NCBI GenBank assembly: GCA_947375135.1
Contig: CANCER010000015.1
Span: 7,142-71,141, forward strand
Direction: 5' to 3'
Length of the DNA stretch: 64,000 nucleotides
Source of the DNA: Comamonadaceae bacterium
GTDB lineage: Bacteria; Pseudomonadota; Gammaproteobacteria; Burkholderiales; Burkholderiaceae_C
Shown: in pieces, positions 31,881 through 40,994 of the stretch
Position numbering within the stretch: position 1 is the stretch's first letter
Layout of the letters: each line of letters starts with the position of its first letter
Translations under genes and position numbers: made by a program
Notes under the pieces: model-generated
What the model saw: the letters and a program-made list of their open reading frames with translations, nothing else
Told to the model about the DNA's origin: nothing
Database searches by the model: none

Positions 31881-32560
31881 CCCAGACCGCGTGCCGCCGC
31901 GTACACCGCTACCTGCACGCGGGACGTGAGGTTGAGCTTGCGGAAGATGTGCTGCACATGCACCTTGACGGTGGTCTCGGCGATATCGAGTTCGCGGGCG
32001 ATCAGTTTGTTGCTGTCGCCACGGGCAATCAGGCCCAGGATTTCACGCTCACGCGCGGACAGGGATTCGAGCGCCGCGTCCTGCAGACCCGGCACCCGGA
32101 CCGCTGCCTCGGCCGCGCTCCCCGCACCCGGGGTCTTGGCCCGAAAGGCAGTGACAAACTTGGTCATCATGTCCGGGCTGATCACGCACTCACCGCCGAA
32201 CACTTTCTCAATCGAGTCGCACAGTTGCTCGGACTCTACCGTCTTGAGCAGATAGCCGTCTGCCCCGGCCAGCATGGCGGCGGCCAGATCGTCCTCGTTC
32301 TCGCTCACGGTCAGCATCAGGATGCGGGCCGCCGGGTAAGCATCCTTCAATGCCGGTATGCCATCGACACCGCGCACCCCGGGCAGGTGGTTGTCCAGCA
32401 GGATCACATCCGGCTGCTGCGCGCCGCAGCAGCGCAGCGCCTCTCCCATGTCCCCCGCCTGGCCCGCAATGGCAAAACGCCCGTCCTGCGACAGCAGCGC
32501 GATCAGCCCGCGGCGAAACAGATTGTGGTCATCAACGACCAGCAGGGTGATGGGGTTCAT
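31877..32560 (-). CDS. narL: NarL-family response regulator (REC + LuxR HTH)
   Basis: VVDDH, LLDNHLPG, LSAREREIL...TVKVHVQHIFRKL; adjacent to nar genes. Confidence 0.88.
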   Translation of the reverse strand: MNPITLLVVDDHNLFRRGLIALLSQDGRFAIAGQAGDMGEALRCCGAQQPDVILLDNHLPGVRGVDGIPALKDAYPAARILMLTVSENEDDLAAAMLAGADGYLLKTVESEQLCDSIEKVFGGECVISPDMMTKFVTAFRAKTPGAGSAAEAAVRVPGLQDAALESLSAREREILGLIARGDSNKLIARELDIAETTVKVHVQHIFRKLNLTSRVQVAVYAAARGLG

Positions 32561-32576
32561 GCCCCTATTGTCCGGT

Positions 32577-33269
32577 CTAAAACAAACCGGAAGCGATGTT
32601 GATGGTCAGGGCCACCAGCGTGGTGTTGAAAAAGAAGGCCAGCACGCAGTGCAGCGTGCCGGTCCGGCGCATGGTGCGGCTGGTGAAGCTCACATCGGCG
32701 GTTTGGCCCGAGGTGCCGATGACGCAGGCGAAATACAGAAAGTCCCCGTAGTCCGGCGGCTGTCCGCCGGGGAACTCCAGGCCGCCATGCGCACCGTGCA
32801 GTGCGCTGACGTAGTAGTCGTGCGCGTAGTGCAGGGCAAACATGGTCTGGGTAAAGGCCCAGGAGCTCGCAATGGTCAGCGCCGCCAGCGCAATATGGGC
32901 GTAACGTGTTTCGCCCTGCAGGTTCTTGACAACCGCCAGTTCGGCCACGATGGCGCCTATGCACATCAGCGCGGCCGTCACCACCAGCAGCAGCACCATG
33001 CTGCGGCCCTCGTCCTGTTGCAAGGCCCGGACCCGCATGCGCTCGTGGCTGGACCAGAACATCATCTTGACGGCCAGCAACAGGTACAGAATGGCGCCCG
33101 CATTCCAGCCCACAATGGCTCGGGTCACCGTGAGCTGCGCGAGGCTGTCCGGCAGATAAAAGAAGGTCGCCAGACCCACGGCAATGCTGCCCAGAAGGCG
33201 CGGCCGCGCCAGCAGAAGCCTCACCGGATAAGGCTTGTCGAGATGGGGGTGTACAGGTATTTCGATCAT
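32577..33269 (-). CDS. DUF1345 membrane protein
   Basis: [32 protein letters not shown]. Confidence 0.88.
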   Translation of the reverse strand: MIEIPVHPHLDKPYPVRLLLARPRLLGSIAVGLATFFYLPDSLAQLTVTRAIVGWNAGAILYLLLAVKMMFWSSHERMRVRALQQDEGRSMVLLLVVTAALMCIGAIVAELAVVKNLQGETRYAHIALAALTIASSWAFTQTMFALHYAHDYYVSALHGAHGGLEFPGGQPPDYGDFLYFACVIGTSGQTADVSFTSRTMRRTGTLHCVLAFFFNTTLVALTINIASGLF

Positions 33270-33423
33270 GGCCAGGGTTGTAGCACGCCCGCCCCTGTCC
33301 AACCGCAATGCGCGCGCGATCCGAATATGGGTGGGCTTATGGTGCCTTTCTGGACGCAGGGCGATTGGGGGATGCTGCTGGATACTTATATGGCGGGCGG
33401 GTGAGCAGCCGACTTCCGAAAAA

Positions 33424-34301
33424 TCAACACGCCAATGGTTGCCGCTCCATTACAGTCATAGCCAGTCTCCTCGGGACATCTCGCAAGCAGTCATAAGGCT
33501 TGGTACCAGATTGCCGGTCAATTTCGGCGGCATCAGCGATTGCCGGACTCCGGCAAGTTGAGACCCGACCAGGAGCAGGGCCGACATTGCTGACACTGTC
33601 TACCTGTGTACTCAGGTTGCGCAGGTTCTCGGACGTGGCCTTCAGGTTTTCGATGGCCTTGGGCAGGTCTTGTGACTTCAAGCGCTCCAGGGTCTTCTCG
33701 GTCTCGATGAGGGCTTTCATTGCCTGTTCACTGGTGTTAACCGAGTCTGTACCCACTTTCGGGCCGTCTTGGTTTATTGAATCGGTGATTTTCGCGAAGG
33801 TGCTTTTGACTGACTTGAGGTTCAGAGCCAACCCCATAAACTTCTTTCCTACGTCTTCAAACGGTCGTGTTATCGAGACGACCGGCTTGATCCCAATAAT
33901 CTGGATATTTGGAACGGACAATGTCCTTAGCGTATCGCCCATGGTTTGCAGCGGGCCGGCAACCTGAATCAGAACCTCAGAGGTCGCATTCAGGTCCCTT
34001 GTCAATTGTGTGCCCTGACTGAGCAGTCGTTGAGTTCCGCCTTGATATCTGTGAGCGCTTTGCGTGCTTCCACCAGCACCTGCTGGGTTTCGTTCAGCAT
34101 GGCCTGCCGGACTTCGACAGTCTCTGCCGTTCGTATCACCACATCAGACACAGCGCTGATCGATGTTGCAAGTGAACGGGAAAATTGACCGAATGACGCC
34201 TGGAAGTTCACATAGCCCCAGATGATCGCCACCGCCAGCAATACGCTGAGGGTGAGCTGCAGCCAGGCCAGAAGGGTGAAAAGAATATTTCTTGATTTCA
34301 T
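33424..34301 (-). pseudogene. TM-anchored coiled-coil protein, apparently frameshifted (99 aa + 193 aa ORFs) with a non-native C-terminus
   Basis: N-terminal TM then heptads; alternative frame RLLSQGTQLTRDLN continues across ~34020; the tail runs into repeat-like DNA. Could instead be two coupled genes (TTGA overlap). Confidence 0.5.
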
Positions 34302-34325
34302 GGGGGCTGTAGCACGGAACTGTGG

Positions 34326-34940
34326 CTACTGCATTGCAGTACGCACGGCCATCGCCAGTCCCGCAACCGCTATCAACCCAACGCCAATGCACATGCCAGT
34401 CAAGCGGCTTGTACGCGACCGTTCAACTTCAACTTCTTTCGCGAACTGGACGTTTTGGGCTTCAAGACTTTTTAGCAGTTCGCTGTATATGTCGATTTTT
34501 TTGATCAGAAGACTGTTCTGCTTCTCTAGAACCTGTATCGCCAACCCATCCGCCTCCAATCGCGCAATGAGTTGATGACTTTGCTTCTCAACCACTTCAA
34601 ATTGTTTACGAGTTACTTCAACAAAATCTGCAAAGCGAAGGCTTTGCTCAGCAAGTGCATTCGTAATCTCCAGTGACGCACGGACTTGAGTCTGTATGTC
34701 GATCAAAGCTACCCCGTCGACTGCACTACTTGAATGTAGGCCAGCCTTTGTGTCCGAGGTCGATTCAGCATCGGCAGGACTTCTCAATTCAGTTGCCCCT
34801 TTTCCAGAAACCTTACGCCAAAGGGTTTTTGCACTCTCCGCTATTTGCGGAGATGCGTCTTTAATTTCCTTCCCCGCCTTTGCCAGTTCCTTGAAGGTGT
34901 AATAGCTACCCAACACAACAGCCGTAGAAATTGGTTCCAC
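34326..34940 (-). CDS. Hypothetical coiled-coil protein with C-terminal TM anchor
   Basis: Heptad region, C-terminal GMCIGVGLIAVAGLAMAV; GTG start with GGGAG RBS. Confidence 0.75.
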   Translation of the reverse strand: MEPISTAVVLGSYYTFKELAKAGKEIKDASPQIAESAKTLWRKVSGKGATELRSPADAESTSDTKAGLHSSSAVDGVALIDIQTQVRASLEITNALAEQSLRFADFVEVTRKQFEVVEKQSHQLIARLEADGLAIQVLEKQNSLLIKKIDIYSELLKSLEAQNVQFAKEVEVERSRTSRLTGMCIGVGLIAVAGLAMAVRTAMQ

Positions 34941-34996
34941 AATACGCTCCCTAAGTTCGATCCATTTATTAGCAGTTTACTACCTAATACTTGTCG

Positions 34997-36655
34997 TCAC
35001 TTCTTGCGTCGATTCGAAAACAGAGTAATCGCTTTTGCAGCCTTACCCGCCGCATCGCGAATGGAGGCAGACGCAACAACCGCACCCTTTTCCATACCAT
35101 CTTTCAGATGGCCAAAAGCTTCTGACTTCGACAGCGCATCGGCTTTGGAAACTGCGGTGGCCCCAAGGGTTTGCGCACCTGCAGTCACAGCTTGAGCACC
35201 ACTTTTCATTTTGTTAGCCAGACCATCCTTGAAACCGGCAAGGCCATCGCCGAATGACCTGCACGCCGCATCCGCAAATATCACTTCCACGCGCTTGAGT
35301 ATCAATTCCTCGCGCTCGTCGACGACGCCATCAGACTCCATCACTTCCTTGAGAAAATCTACCAGGTCCTTGGACATCACTGCGTAGTTACAGTCCGGGT
35401 TTGACTTCTTGTAGGCGACAAGCTCGTCGGCGACGGCAGTAATTTTGAATTGATCAAGCCTTGGCTCTATCAGAGCCATACCAGCCTCAACAAAGCTTGG
35501 GTCGTATCCCCATTGATCAATGAAGTATTTTCGAATGCATTGACGTTCCTGGTCTGATATGTGCCCGTCTGCATGGGCGACCTTGAGCGCCAAGGGCATC
35601 ATCAAGTCGAACAGTTTTGTACCTATGATATCCAGAGGGGTGTTGATGCACTTGGGGATGACCGTGATACGGCTTCCGGTTGCGCCGCCCAACGCATGCA
35701 TGATGCCGAACCACGCGCCACCCGATGCCGCCGCGGCCGCTATAACCCAGCCGACAGGGGTTACAGCCGTGCCCAAACCAATCAATGCGAGAGCGCCATG
35801 TGGTGCAAAAAAAGTCGTCGCAATAATTGACGACTTGGCTATTCCAGCACCGCCGCCCACTGCCCCCAAAAGATCCCAATACTTGCGTACGGCGTTGGCA
35901 TTGCGCAACTCGGCGTAAGCGTCCTCGCCAATGGCGAGCTTTGCCTTGAATCGCATTTCATCTTTAACCACTCTCTCAACATCTGTGGGTCGCTTGTCGT
36001 TCGCCGCATCAGGTTTGGCCGACTCAAAACTGGCAGCAGGGCTGGCAAGTGGATCATTCACGCCCACCGTAAGCGAGGGCTTTGGTTCCAGCTCAACCTC
36101 GCTCAGCAAATCACTGATCAATGCGAAGGCTTGAGAAATGGGGAGGCGGCCTGATTCCACTTGCTCGATAAAACGAAACGCGACGTCAGGCGGCACCACA
36201 TCTTTGGAAATCAGGTCACGCAGTGCGATGATGAATCTCGTTCCGTCGGCATCTGCGATGTCACCCACTGCTTCTTTGGCCGCAATGTCTCGTGATTCTT
36301 CACGGTACCGATTTAACAGCTCGGTCTTCTTTCCTTCTGACATTCCGCCATTGCGAATTAGTCGTGACACTGTATAGGCCGCTGCTCCAGCTGCCGCTGC
36401 CCCGCCCAAGACCCAGCCCACTGGTGTTGCCGCGACAACTGTCATCCCAAGCCAACTCGCAACAGATGTCACACCAAAAATCGATGTTGCACCGACAGTT
36501 GCGGCAATTGTGCCGACCGCAGCAGCGCCTAGACCGGCACCAACGACAGTGATGCCTACATCACCAAGAATTCGCCCCTTATCATCCGGCCTACGTTCCA
36601 AATCATCGATCAATTGAACAAGTTGTGCTTTTGTGAGTTTGGTGGGAACTGACAT
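34997..36655 (-). CDS. Multi-domain protein: N-terminal glycine-zipper domain, second glycine-zipper region, C-terminal TerB-like repeats
   Basis: GAGLGAAAVG..ATPVGWV (motif twice), VAHADGHISDQE and VMESDGVVDERE TerB-type motifs. Confidence 0.8.
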   Translation of the reverse strand: MSVPTKLTKAQLVQLIDDLERRPDDKGRILGDVGITVVGAGLGAAAVGTIAATVGATSIFGVTSVASWLGMTVVAATPVGWVLGGAAAAGAAAYTVSRLIRNGGMSEGKKTELLNRYREESRDIAAKEAVGDIADADGTRFIIALRDLISKDVVPPDVAFRFIEQVESGRLPISQAFALISDLLSEVELEPKPSLTVGVNDPLASPAASFESAKPDAANDKRPTDVERVVKDEMRFKAKLAIGEDAYAELRNANAVRKYWDLLGAVGGGAGIAKSSIIATTFFAPHGALALIGLGTAVTPVGWVIAAAAASGGAWFGIMHALGGATGSRITVIPKCINTPLDIIGTKLFDLMMPLALKVAHADGHISDQERQCIRKYFIDQWGYDPSFVEAGMALIEPRLDQFKITAVADELVAYKKSNPDCNYAVMSKDLVDFLKEVMESDGVVDEREELILKRVEVIFADAACRSFGDGLAGFKDGLANKMKSGAQAVTAGAQTLGATAVSKADALSKSEAFGHLKDGMEKGAVVASASIRDAAGKAAKAITLFSNRRKK

Positions 36656-36705
36656 TTTGTTGGCTTTTTTGAATTGGAATTGGGTAGACGTGGCTGTGGG
36701 GAAAA

Positions 36706-37281
36706 TCACTTTGGTGGTTGTGTTTCCATGCAGGCCTTTGACATGGCTAGAGCCTGTGAAAGCGGCATGCGGCCTGCCTCCACCATTTCAATAATTCTGA
36801 AGACGCTTGCTATTGGGATGACATCAGCATTGACAAGTTCGCGCAAAGAAATGATGAACTTTGTTCTGTCATCGTCCGTTATCGATGTGGATTGCTCGGC
36901 AGCTTCGATATCCTTGACTTGAATCCGGTATTTTTCCAAGAGCGCGGCTTTATGCCCTTCCGCTACGCTACCGCTGCGGACCATATTCGCTAGGGCATAT
37001 CCCAATAGCCCCAAGCCAGAGGCGAAACCGATCAATAAAGTCAGCGACAGACCCGTCAAAAACAGCGCCGGTATCCATCCGAAAAATTGCGCCGCAACGG
37101 ACAAGTCAAAGACAGACTTTATTCCCGCAACCGCTGCAACTGAAGCCAAGTGAGCGCCAGAAGCACTGACTGACACTATTCCCACTTCACCTAAGACGCG
37201 AATTTTGTCATTCAGATTATTCTTCAGTTCGTCTATCAATTGCAGCAGTCTCTCCTTGGAGACCTTTGGCAGCGGCGCCAT
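36706..37281 (-). CDS. Hypothetical membrane protein, paralog of the N-terminal domain of the TerB-like protein
   Basis: Colinear similarity visible by eye (QLIDEL/QLIDDL, TKFIISLREL/TRFIIALRDL, EAGRMPLSQA/ESGRLPISQA). Confidence 0.8.
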   Translation of the reverse strand: MAPLPKVSKERLLQLIDELKNNLNDKIRVLGEVGIVSVSASGAHLASVAAVAGIKSVFDLSVAAQFFGWIPALFLTGLSLTLLIGFASGLGLLGYALANMVRSGSVAEGHKAALLEKYRIQVKDIEAAEQSTSITDDDRTKFIISLRELVNADVIPIASVFRIIEMVEAGRMPLSQALAMSKACMETQPPK

Positions 37282-37282
37282 T

Positions 37283-37801
37283 TCAAGCGCCCTGAATACG
37301 TGCCCCGTTCAGTGCCAGATTGAATATATCGATCAATAGTTTAAAGAACGCTGTCGCAATCTCTATGACGTCTTGCCCGATGGTGAGGATGCCAGAGTTC
37401 TGAGACCGACCTATTGCCGCCTTATCAAGCCGATGACCAGCCAGAGCCCCAACGGCAACACCCAACATGGTTGCAATTGGCGCGAGAAGCGGCCCAATCA
37501 ATGGGACTGTGTTGACCAATGCACCAAGCGCAGCGCCAATTGCAATGCCGATGGCCATGTTCGGATGCGCTTTCACGAACTCAATGATCTTCATCAGAAC
37601 CATTTTTCCGACGTTGACCACACGCTTTCCAACTTCGGCAGTGATCTCAGCCACACCCTCGAGCCGAATCGCCACTTCGTCTGGCAAACCGAGGTCCTTG
37701 AGCCAAGCGTAAAAGTCGCTGCTGGACATTGACTCTGACTCCGCATTCAAAATGGCCAGTTCCAGATTGGCCTGTGCGGGGGTCAAAACATTGGCTGCCA
37801 T
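37283..37801 (-). CDS. Glycine-zipper-containing hypothetical protein
   Basis: AIGIAIGAALGALV..IPLIGP-like..LGVAVGALAGHRLD; CAGGAGG RBS. Confidence 0.82.
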   Translation of the reverse strand: MAANVLTPAQANLELAILNAESESMSSSDFYAWLKDLGLPDEVAIRLEGVAEITAEVGKRVVNVGKMVLMKIIEFVKAHPNMAIGIAIGAALGALVNTVPLIGPLLAPIATMLGVAVGALAGHRLDKAAIGRSQNSGILTIGQDVIEIATAFFKLLIDIFNLALNGARIQGA

Positions 37802-37853
37802 GGGATCCTCCTGTAATGCGCAAATTTATGTAGATCCACAGCATATCCCTAAA

Positions 37854-38027
37854 TCACTGGCTTTCCTTGTGTTTCGGGCGACGGAAGAGCAGTGCAAACC
37901 CCATGACTACGATGACACCTACTGCCAATATCAAGGCAAACTTCAACAGCGAAAACCAGACAGAGATTTGCCCCAAGGTCACTGCGAAAGCCATCAAACC
38001 GGCAAGTGCCGTAAATATCCAGAACAT
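37854..38027 (-). CDS. Small 57-aa two-TM membrane protein (below the ORF-track cutoff)
   Basis: MFWIFTALAGLMAFAVTLGQISVWFSLLKFALILAVGVIVVMGFALLFRRPKHKESQ; AAAGGA RBS; basic C-terminal tail. Confidence 0.72.
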   Translation of the reverse strand: MFWIFTALAGLMAFAVTLGQISVWFSLLKFALILAVGVIVVMGFALLFRRPKHKESQ

Positions 38028-38064
38028 GATCAATTTCCTTTCATGGCAACATCGCCATGAGGGG

Positions 38065-38100
38065 AAGATAGTGTGGTCGAATGACAGGTGGTGTCGTTTC
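38065..38100 (-). promoter_or_regulatory. Putative WYL-activator operator/promoter
   Basis: Minus strand reads AAACGAC-ACCACCT-GTCATTC (DriD-like CGAC-N7-GTC), and TGTCAT-N10-TATCTT (PafBC-like TGTCGG-N10-TA-N3-T spacing). Confidence 0.6.
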
Positions 38101-39057
38101 TCAAAGGGTTTTGAGTTCAGCAGACCTTTGTTTTTGCGGCATGGCTTGCTGCAAGTAATCTGTCAGCCCCTGTTCCAGCAGTTGCTGGTATTGCGGCGGC
38201 TCAATTATGCGGACATGTGGAATCCAGTATCGAATGATCGGCAGCACCTCGTCGCTATGCACAACGGTGGTGGACACCAGAATGTCTCCGCCTTCTGTTT
38301 CAGTTTCAATGACCTGGTTCGGAAGCAATTTGCGCCGCCGGAAGAATGTGGCGGCCTGACTGCTGACTTGAATGAGCACCCGATGACGCACTGCACCAAG
38401 CCAGATTCCGTCACTATCCGCTAACTCCTTCTCAACCTGTGGCCTTGGAACGAAAATAGCGTCGTCCACCATCAGCGCTTCCATCCTGGAAATGGCGAAA
38501 GACTTCAGCTTTCCATCATTCCAGGCAGCCAGATACCAGATACCTTTTTGGTTGATCAGTTTGTACGGTTCCACCGCACTGCGGACCCTAGTTTCGCCAT
38601 CGGTCTTGTTGTAGCGAAATTGAACGGTATGTTTTTCCACTATAGCTTGCTCAATGGTGGCGAACATTGCGCGATGTTCTCGCAAGTCTTCGTAACTATG
38701 GCCTTTCACGAGCCATGCATCATGGGCGTTGGAAGCAAAAACTTCTTTCAGAAACTGCCCGCTCATCTCAGGAAAGAGCCCACTGACGCCAGTAAAGGCT
38801 GCGAACCTTTCAATGTCGCGGATTGTGAGTTTGCCCAAATGCGCTTCATCCATCTTGTAGCGACCGTTTGTTTTGATCAGCGGCAGCCCAGCGAATCGCA
38901 CATTCAGATCACGCTGAATGGTGCGCAGGTTCACACCGAATTCATCTGCAAGCGCTTGAGGATTAAGCGACTCGCCTTGGTTCAGTTTGGTAAGGACTTC
39001 AGACAGGCGGTACACGAGGGTGTCATGTGCTCTGCTGGGTCGATTTGAAGAACTCAT
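38101..39057 (-). CDS. HTH-WYL-WCX transcriptional regulator (YafY/DriD/PafBC-like)
   Basis: LADEFGVNLRTIQRDL HTH; VEPYKL..GIWYLAAW..KSFAISRM; RYWIPHVRIIEP. Confidence 0.93.
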   Translation of the reverse strand: MSSSNRPSRAHDTLVYRLSEVLTKLNQGESLNPQALADEFGVNLRTIQRDLNVRFAGLPLIKTNGRYKMDEAHLGKLTIRDIERFAAFTGVSGLFPEMSGQFLKEVFASNAHDAWLVKGHSYEDLREHRAMFATIEQAIVEKHTVQFRYNKTDGETRVRSAVEPYKLINQKGIWYLAAWNDGKLKSFAISRMEALMVDDAIFVPRPQVEKELADSDGIWLGAVRHRVLIQVSSQAATFFRRRKLLPNQVIETETEGGDILVSTTVVHSDEVLPIIRYWIPHVRIIEPPQYQQLLEQGLTDYLQQAMPQKQRSAELKTL

Positions 39058-39282
39058 GGACAGGTTTCCAACGTCACAAAGCAGCAATCATAGTTTGGCG
39101 CTCCTTGGCAAGATGCACCCGCCAATTCTTCGCTCCAGCATTGAATTGAAACAGACGGGACTCAAGTTCATTTTTAAGCTGCCGCATTGCGGGCATTGGC
39201 GACCGACTCCTTCCGCGGCACAAGAGCTGACTACTTCTCTGCCCTGTGTGACTGCCAAGGGCACGGAGGCGCCTAGCGGACA

Positions 39283-39705
39283 TCAGCCCGCCAAGTACAA
39301 ATCTACGCGGTCGGAAGTCCAGGTTGCAACACCGGTGCCAAAGAAGTCCGCATCCTCAGTCCACACCGGGCAACCGATCGTCAAGGCGCACGCAAGGACG
39401 GGCCAATCATCGGCATCACGTATCGCAATCCTTTGGAGTGCCTGGGTTTGCAGACCTTGATAGACACCAAGTTCCAGCGGTCGGACTATGGATTCCAGAA
39501 CGTCTAAAACAGCCATCGCGGGCTCACTTTTAACGCCTCTTTTTTCCAATAGGGAGGGAAGGTATTTTCGGGCGTCAGCGTACGCACCATCTGGTGCAAA
39601 AAATTGAACCACATCCGCATTGTCAACAATGAGCTCACGCACTCGTTTGCCCAGCACAGCCCGGATCAGGATGTTGGCATCCAGAATGATCGCTTTGTTG
39701 CTCAT
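39283..39705 (-). CDS. PIN-domain toxin (VapC-like)
   Basis: ILDANILI, RDADDWPVLA, VWTEDADF. Confidence 0.9.
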   Translation of the reverse strand: MSNKAIILDANILIRAVLGKRVRELIVDNADVVQFFAPDGAYADARKYLPSLLEKRGVKSEPAMAVLDVLESIVRPLELGVYQGLQTQALQRIAIRDADDWPVLACALTIGCPVWTEDADFFGTGVATWTSDRVDLYLAG

Positions 39706-39722
39706 GCCAGCGAGGGAGTGGA

Positions 39723-39989
39723 CTACTTTGCTGCGTTGGCCCGCTTACGTGCTGCTTTGAAATTAGCAACTACGGCGTCCACATCAACGCTCTTAGCCGC
39801 CAGCAGACGATCCAACGTCTTGCTCGCTTTCTTTAGCGAGGTAACGTCATCCTCAGCCTGCCCCTGGGTAGGAATAAAGTAACCGATGGTTTGACCGTGG
39901 CGCGTCACCGCTACCGGCGTGCTTGACGCAATGAACTCGGCCATCCCGGCACGAAATTCTCGAATGCCTACTTTGGTAGCTTCCATCAT
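39723..39989 (-). CDS. Phd/YefM-like antitoxin
   Basis: KVGIREFR...PVAVTRHGQTIGYFIP, directly upstream of the PIN gene; GTGTACAC palindrome at 40026-40033 upstream. Confidence 0.88.
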   Translation of the reverse strand: MMEATKVGIREFRAGMAEFIASSTPVAVTRHGQTIGYFIPTQGQAEDDVTSLKKASKTLDRLLAAKSVDVDAVVANFKAARKRANAAK

Positions 39990-40086
39990 TTTTCCTTGTA
40001 TGTTGAACTGAATTTGTGAATCAAAGTGTACACAAATAACCAAAAGGGGCATAGTCCCATCCCCTTCACTCTTAAGGAGCCTCTCC

Positions 40087-40485
40087 TTGTCTCGATGCCA
40101 CAAAGCAGCCAATGCGAACGACAGCTCTGCCAAGTGGTTGCAGAGAACCCACAGCGAGTCCAGCAACAATGCGCCGCTGCTGGCCCAGCTGGTGAATGCC
40201 ATGCAGCGTTGGCCTCGGCCGGAGGTGAACCCGCCGCACGCCATCCTGAACTGCGCACGTGCGCATTGCTAACGCTTGCTGGCATCCATACCCGGCGTGC
40301 ACATGGCCTAGAGGCAGCGGCTGCGCCAGGGTGATGCGCTGGAGATGGACTACCCCGTCACGCTGCGCCCCATTGAAACCCAGGGCGGCGAGGGGCTGGA
40401 GCGCATAGGCACGGCGCAGGAACTGGCGACCTATTTTGCAGAGCATCCGGCGCCAGCCTATTACGCCGCGCAACACATTGACTAA
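40087..40485 (+). pseudogene. Decayed gene of unknown function
   Basis: One frame with host-like codons and two internal stops (...LRQGDALEMDYPVTLRPIETQGGEGLERIG...). Confidence 0.4.
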
Positions 40486-40587
40486 GGCTCTGCTGGCGGA
40501 CTTTTCTCGAGCCGCGCAAGGTGCCAACCGGCGCTGGGCGGCAACCAAGGCTGCGGCCCTGCCAGCGATGCACCGGCTGGCAGGCGC

Positions 40588-40983
40588 TTATTCGAATTCG
40601 ACCAGCACATCACCCGTCTGCACCCTGCCCCCCTGCGCCACCTTGATGGAGGCGATCACGCCGGACTGCGGTGCGGTGATGTTGGTTTCCATCTTCATGG
40701 CCTCCAGCACCAGGATGGAGTCACCGGCGTTGATCTTGTCACCGGCCGCAGCAATCACCTTCACCACCACGCCCGAGACCGGGCTGCGGCAGGCCTTGCT
40801 TTCGTCGGCCACGGCCACCGGTGCGTTGCCACCACTGGCCGCTGCGCCGGGTGCTGCGGCGGCACTGCCGGACAGGCGGGCCGTACCTACGGGATAAGCC
40901 GGCGGCAGATTGGCGTGGTCTTCTTGGGCCACTTCGACTTCGACTTCAAAGGTACGTTCGTCCAGGGTAATACGGAGTTTCAC
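40588..40983 (-). CDS. Biotin carboxyl carrier protein (transcarboxylase 1.3S-like)
   Basis: GTG start MKLRITLD..FEVEVEV, Ala-rich linker, EAMKM biotinylation motif. Confidence 0.92.
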   Translation of the reverse strand: MKLRITLDERTFEVEVEVAQEDHANLPPAYPVGTARLSGSAAAAPGAAASGGNAPVAVADESKACRSPVSGVVVKVIAAAGDKINAGDSILVLEAMKMETNITAPQSGVIASIKVAQGGRVQTGDVLVEFE

Positions 40984-40994
40984 GGTGCTTCCAA

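Noticed and set aside
33424-40500. Prophage or IS-bounded element
   Set aside because: No integrase, transposase, phage structural genes or clear terminal repeats seen
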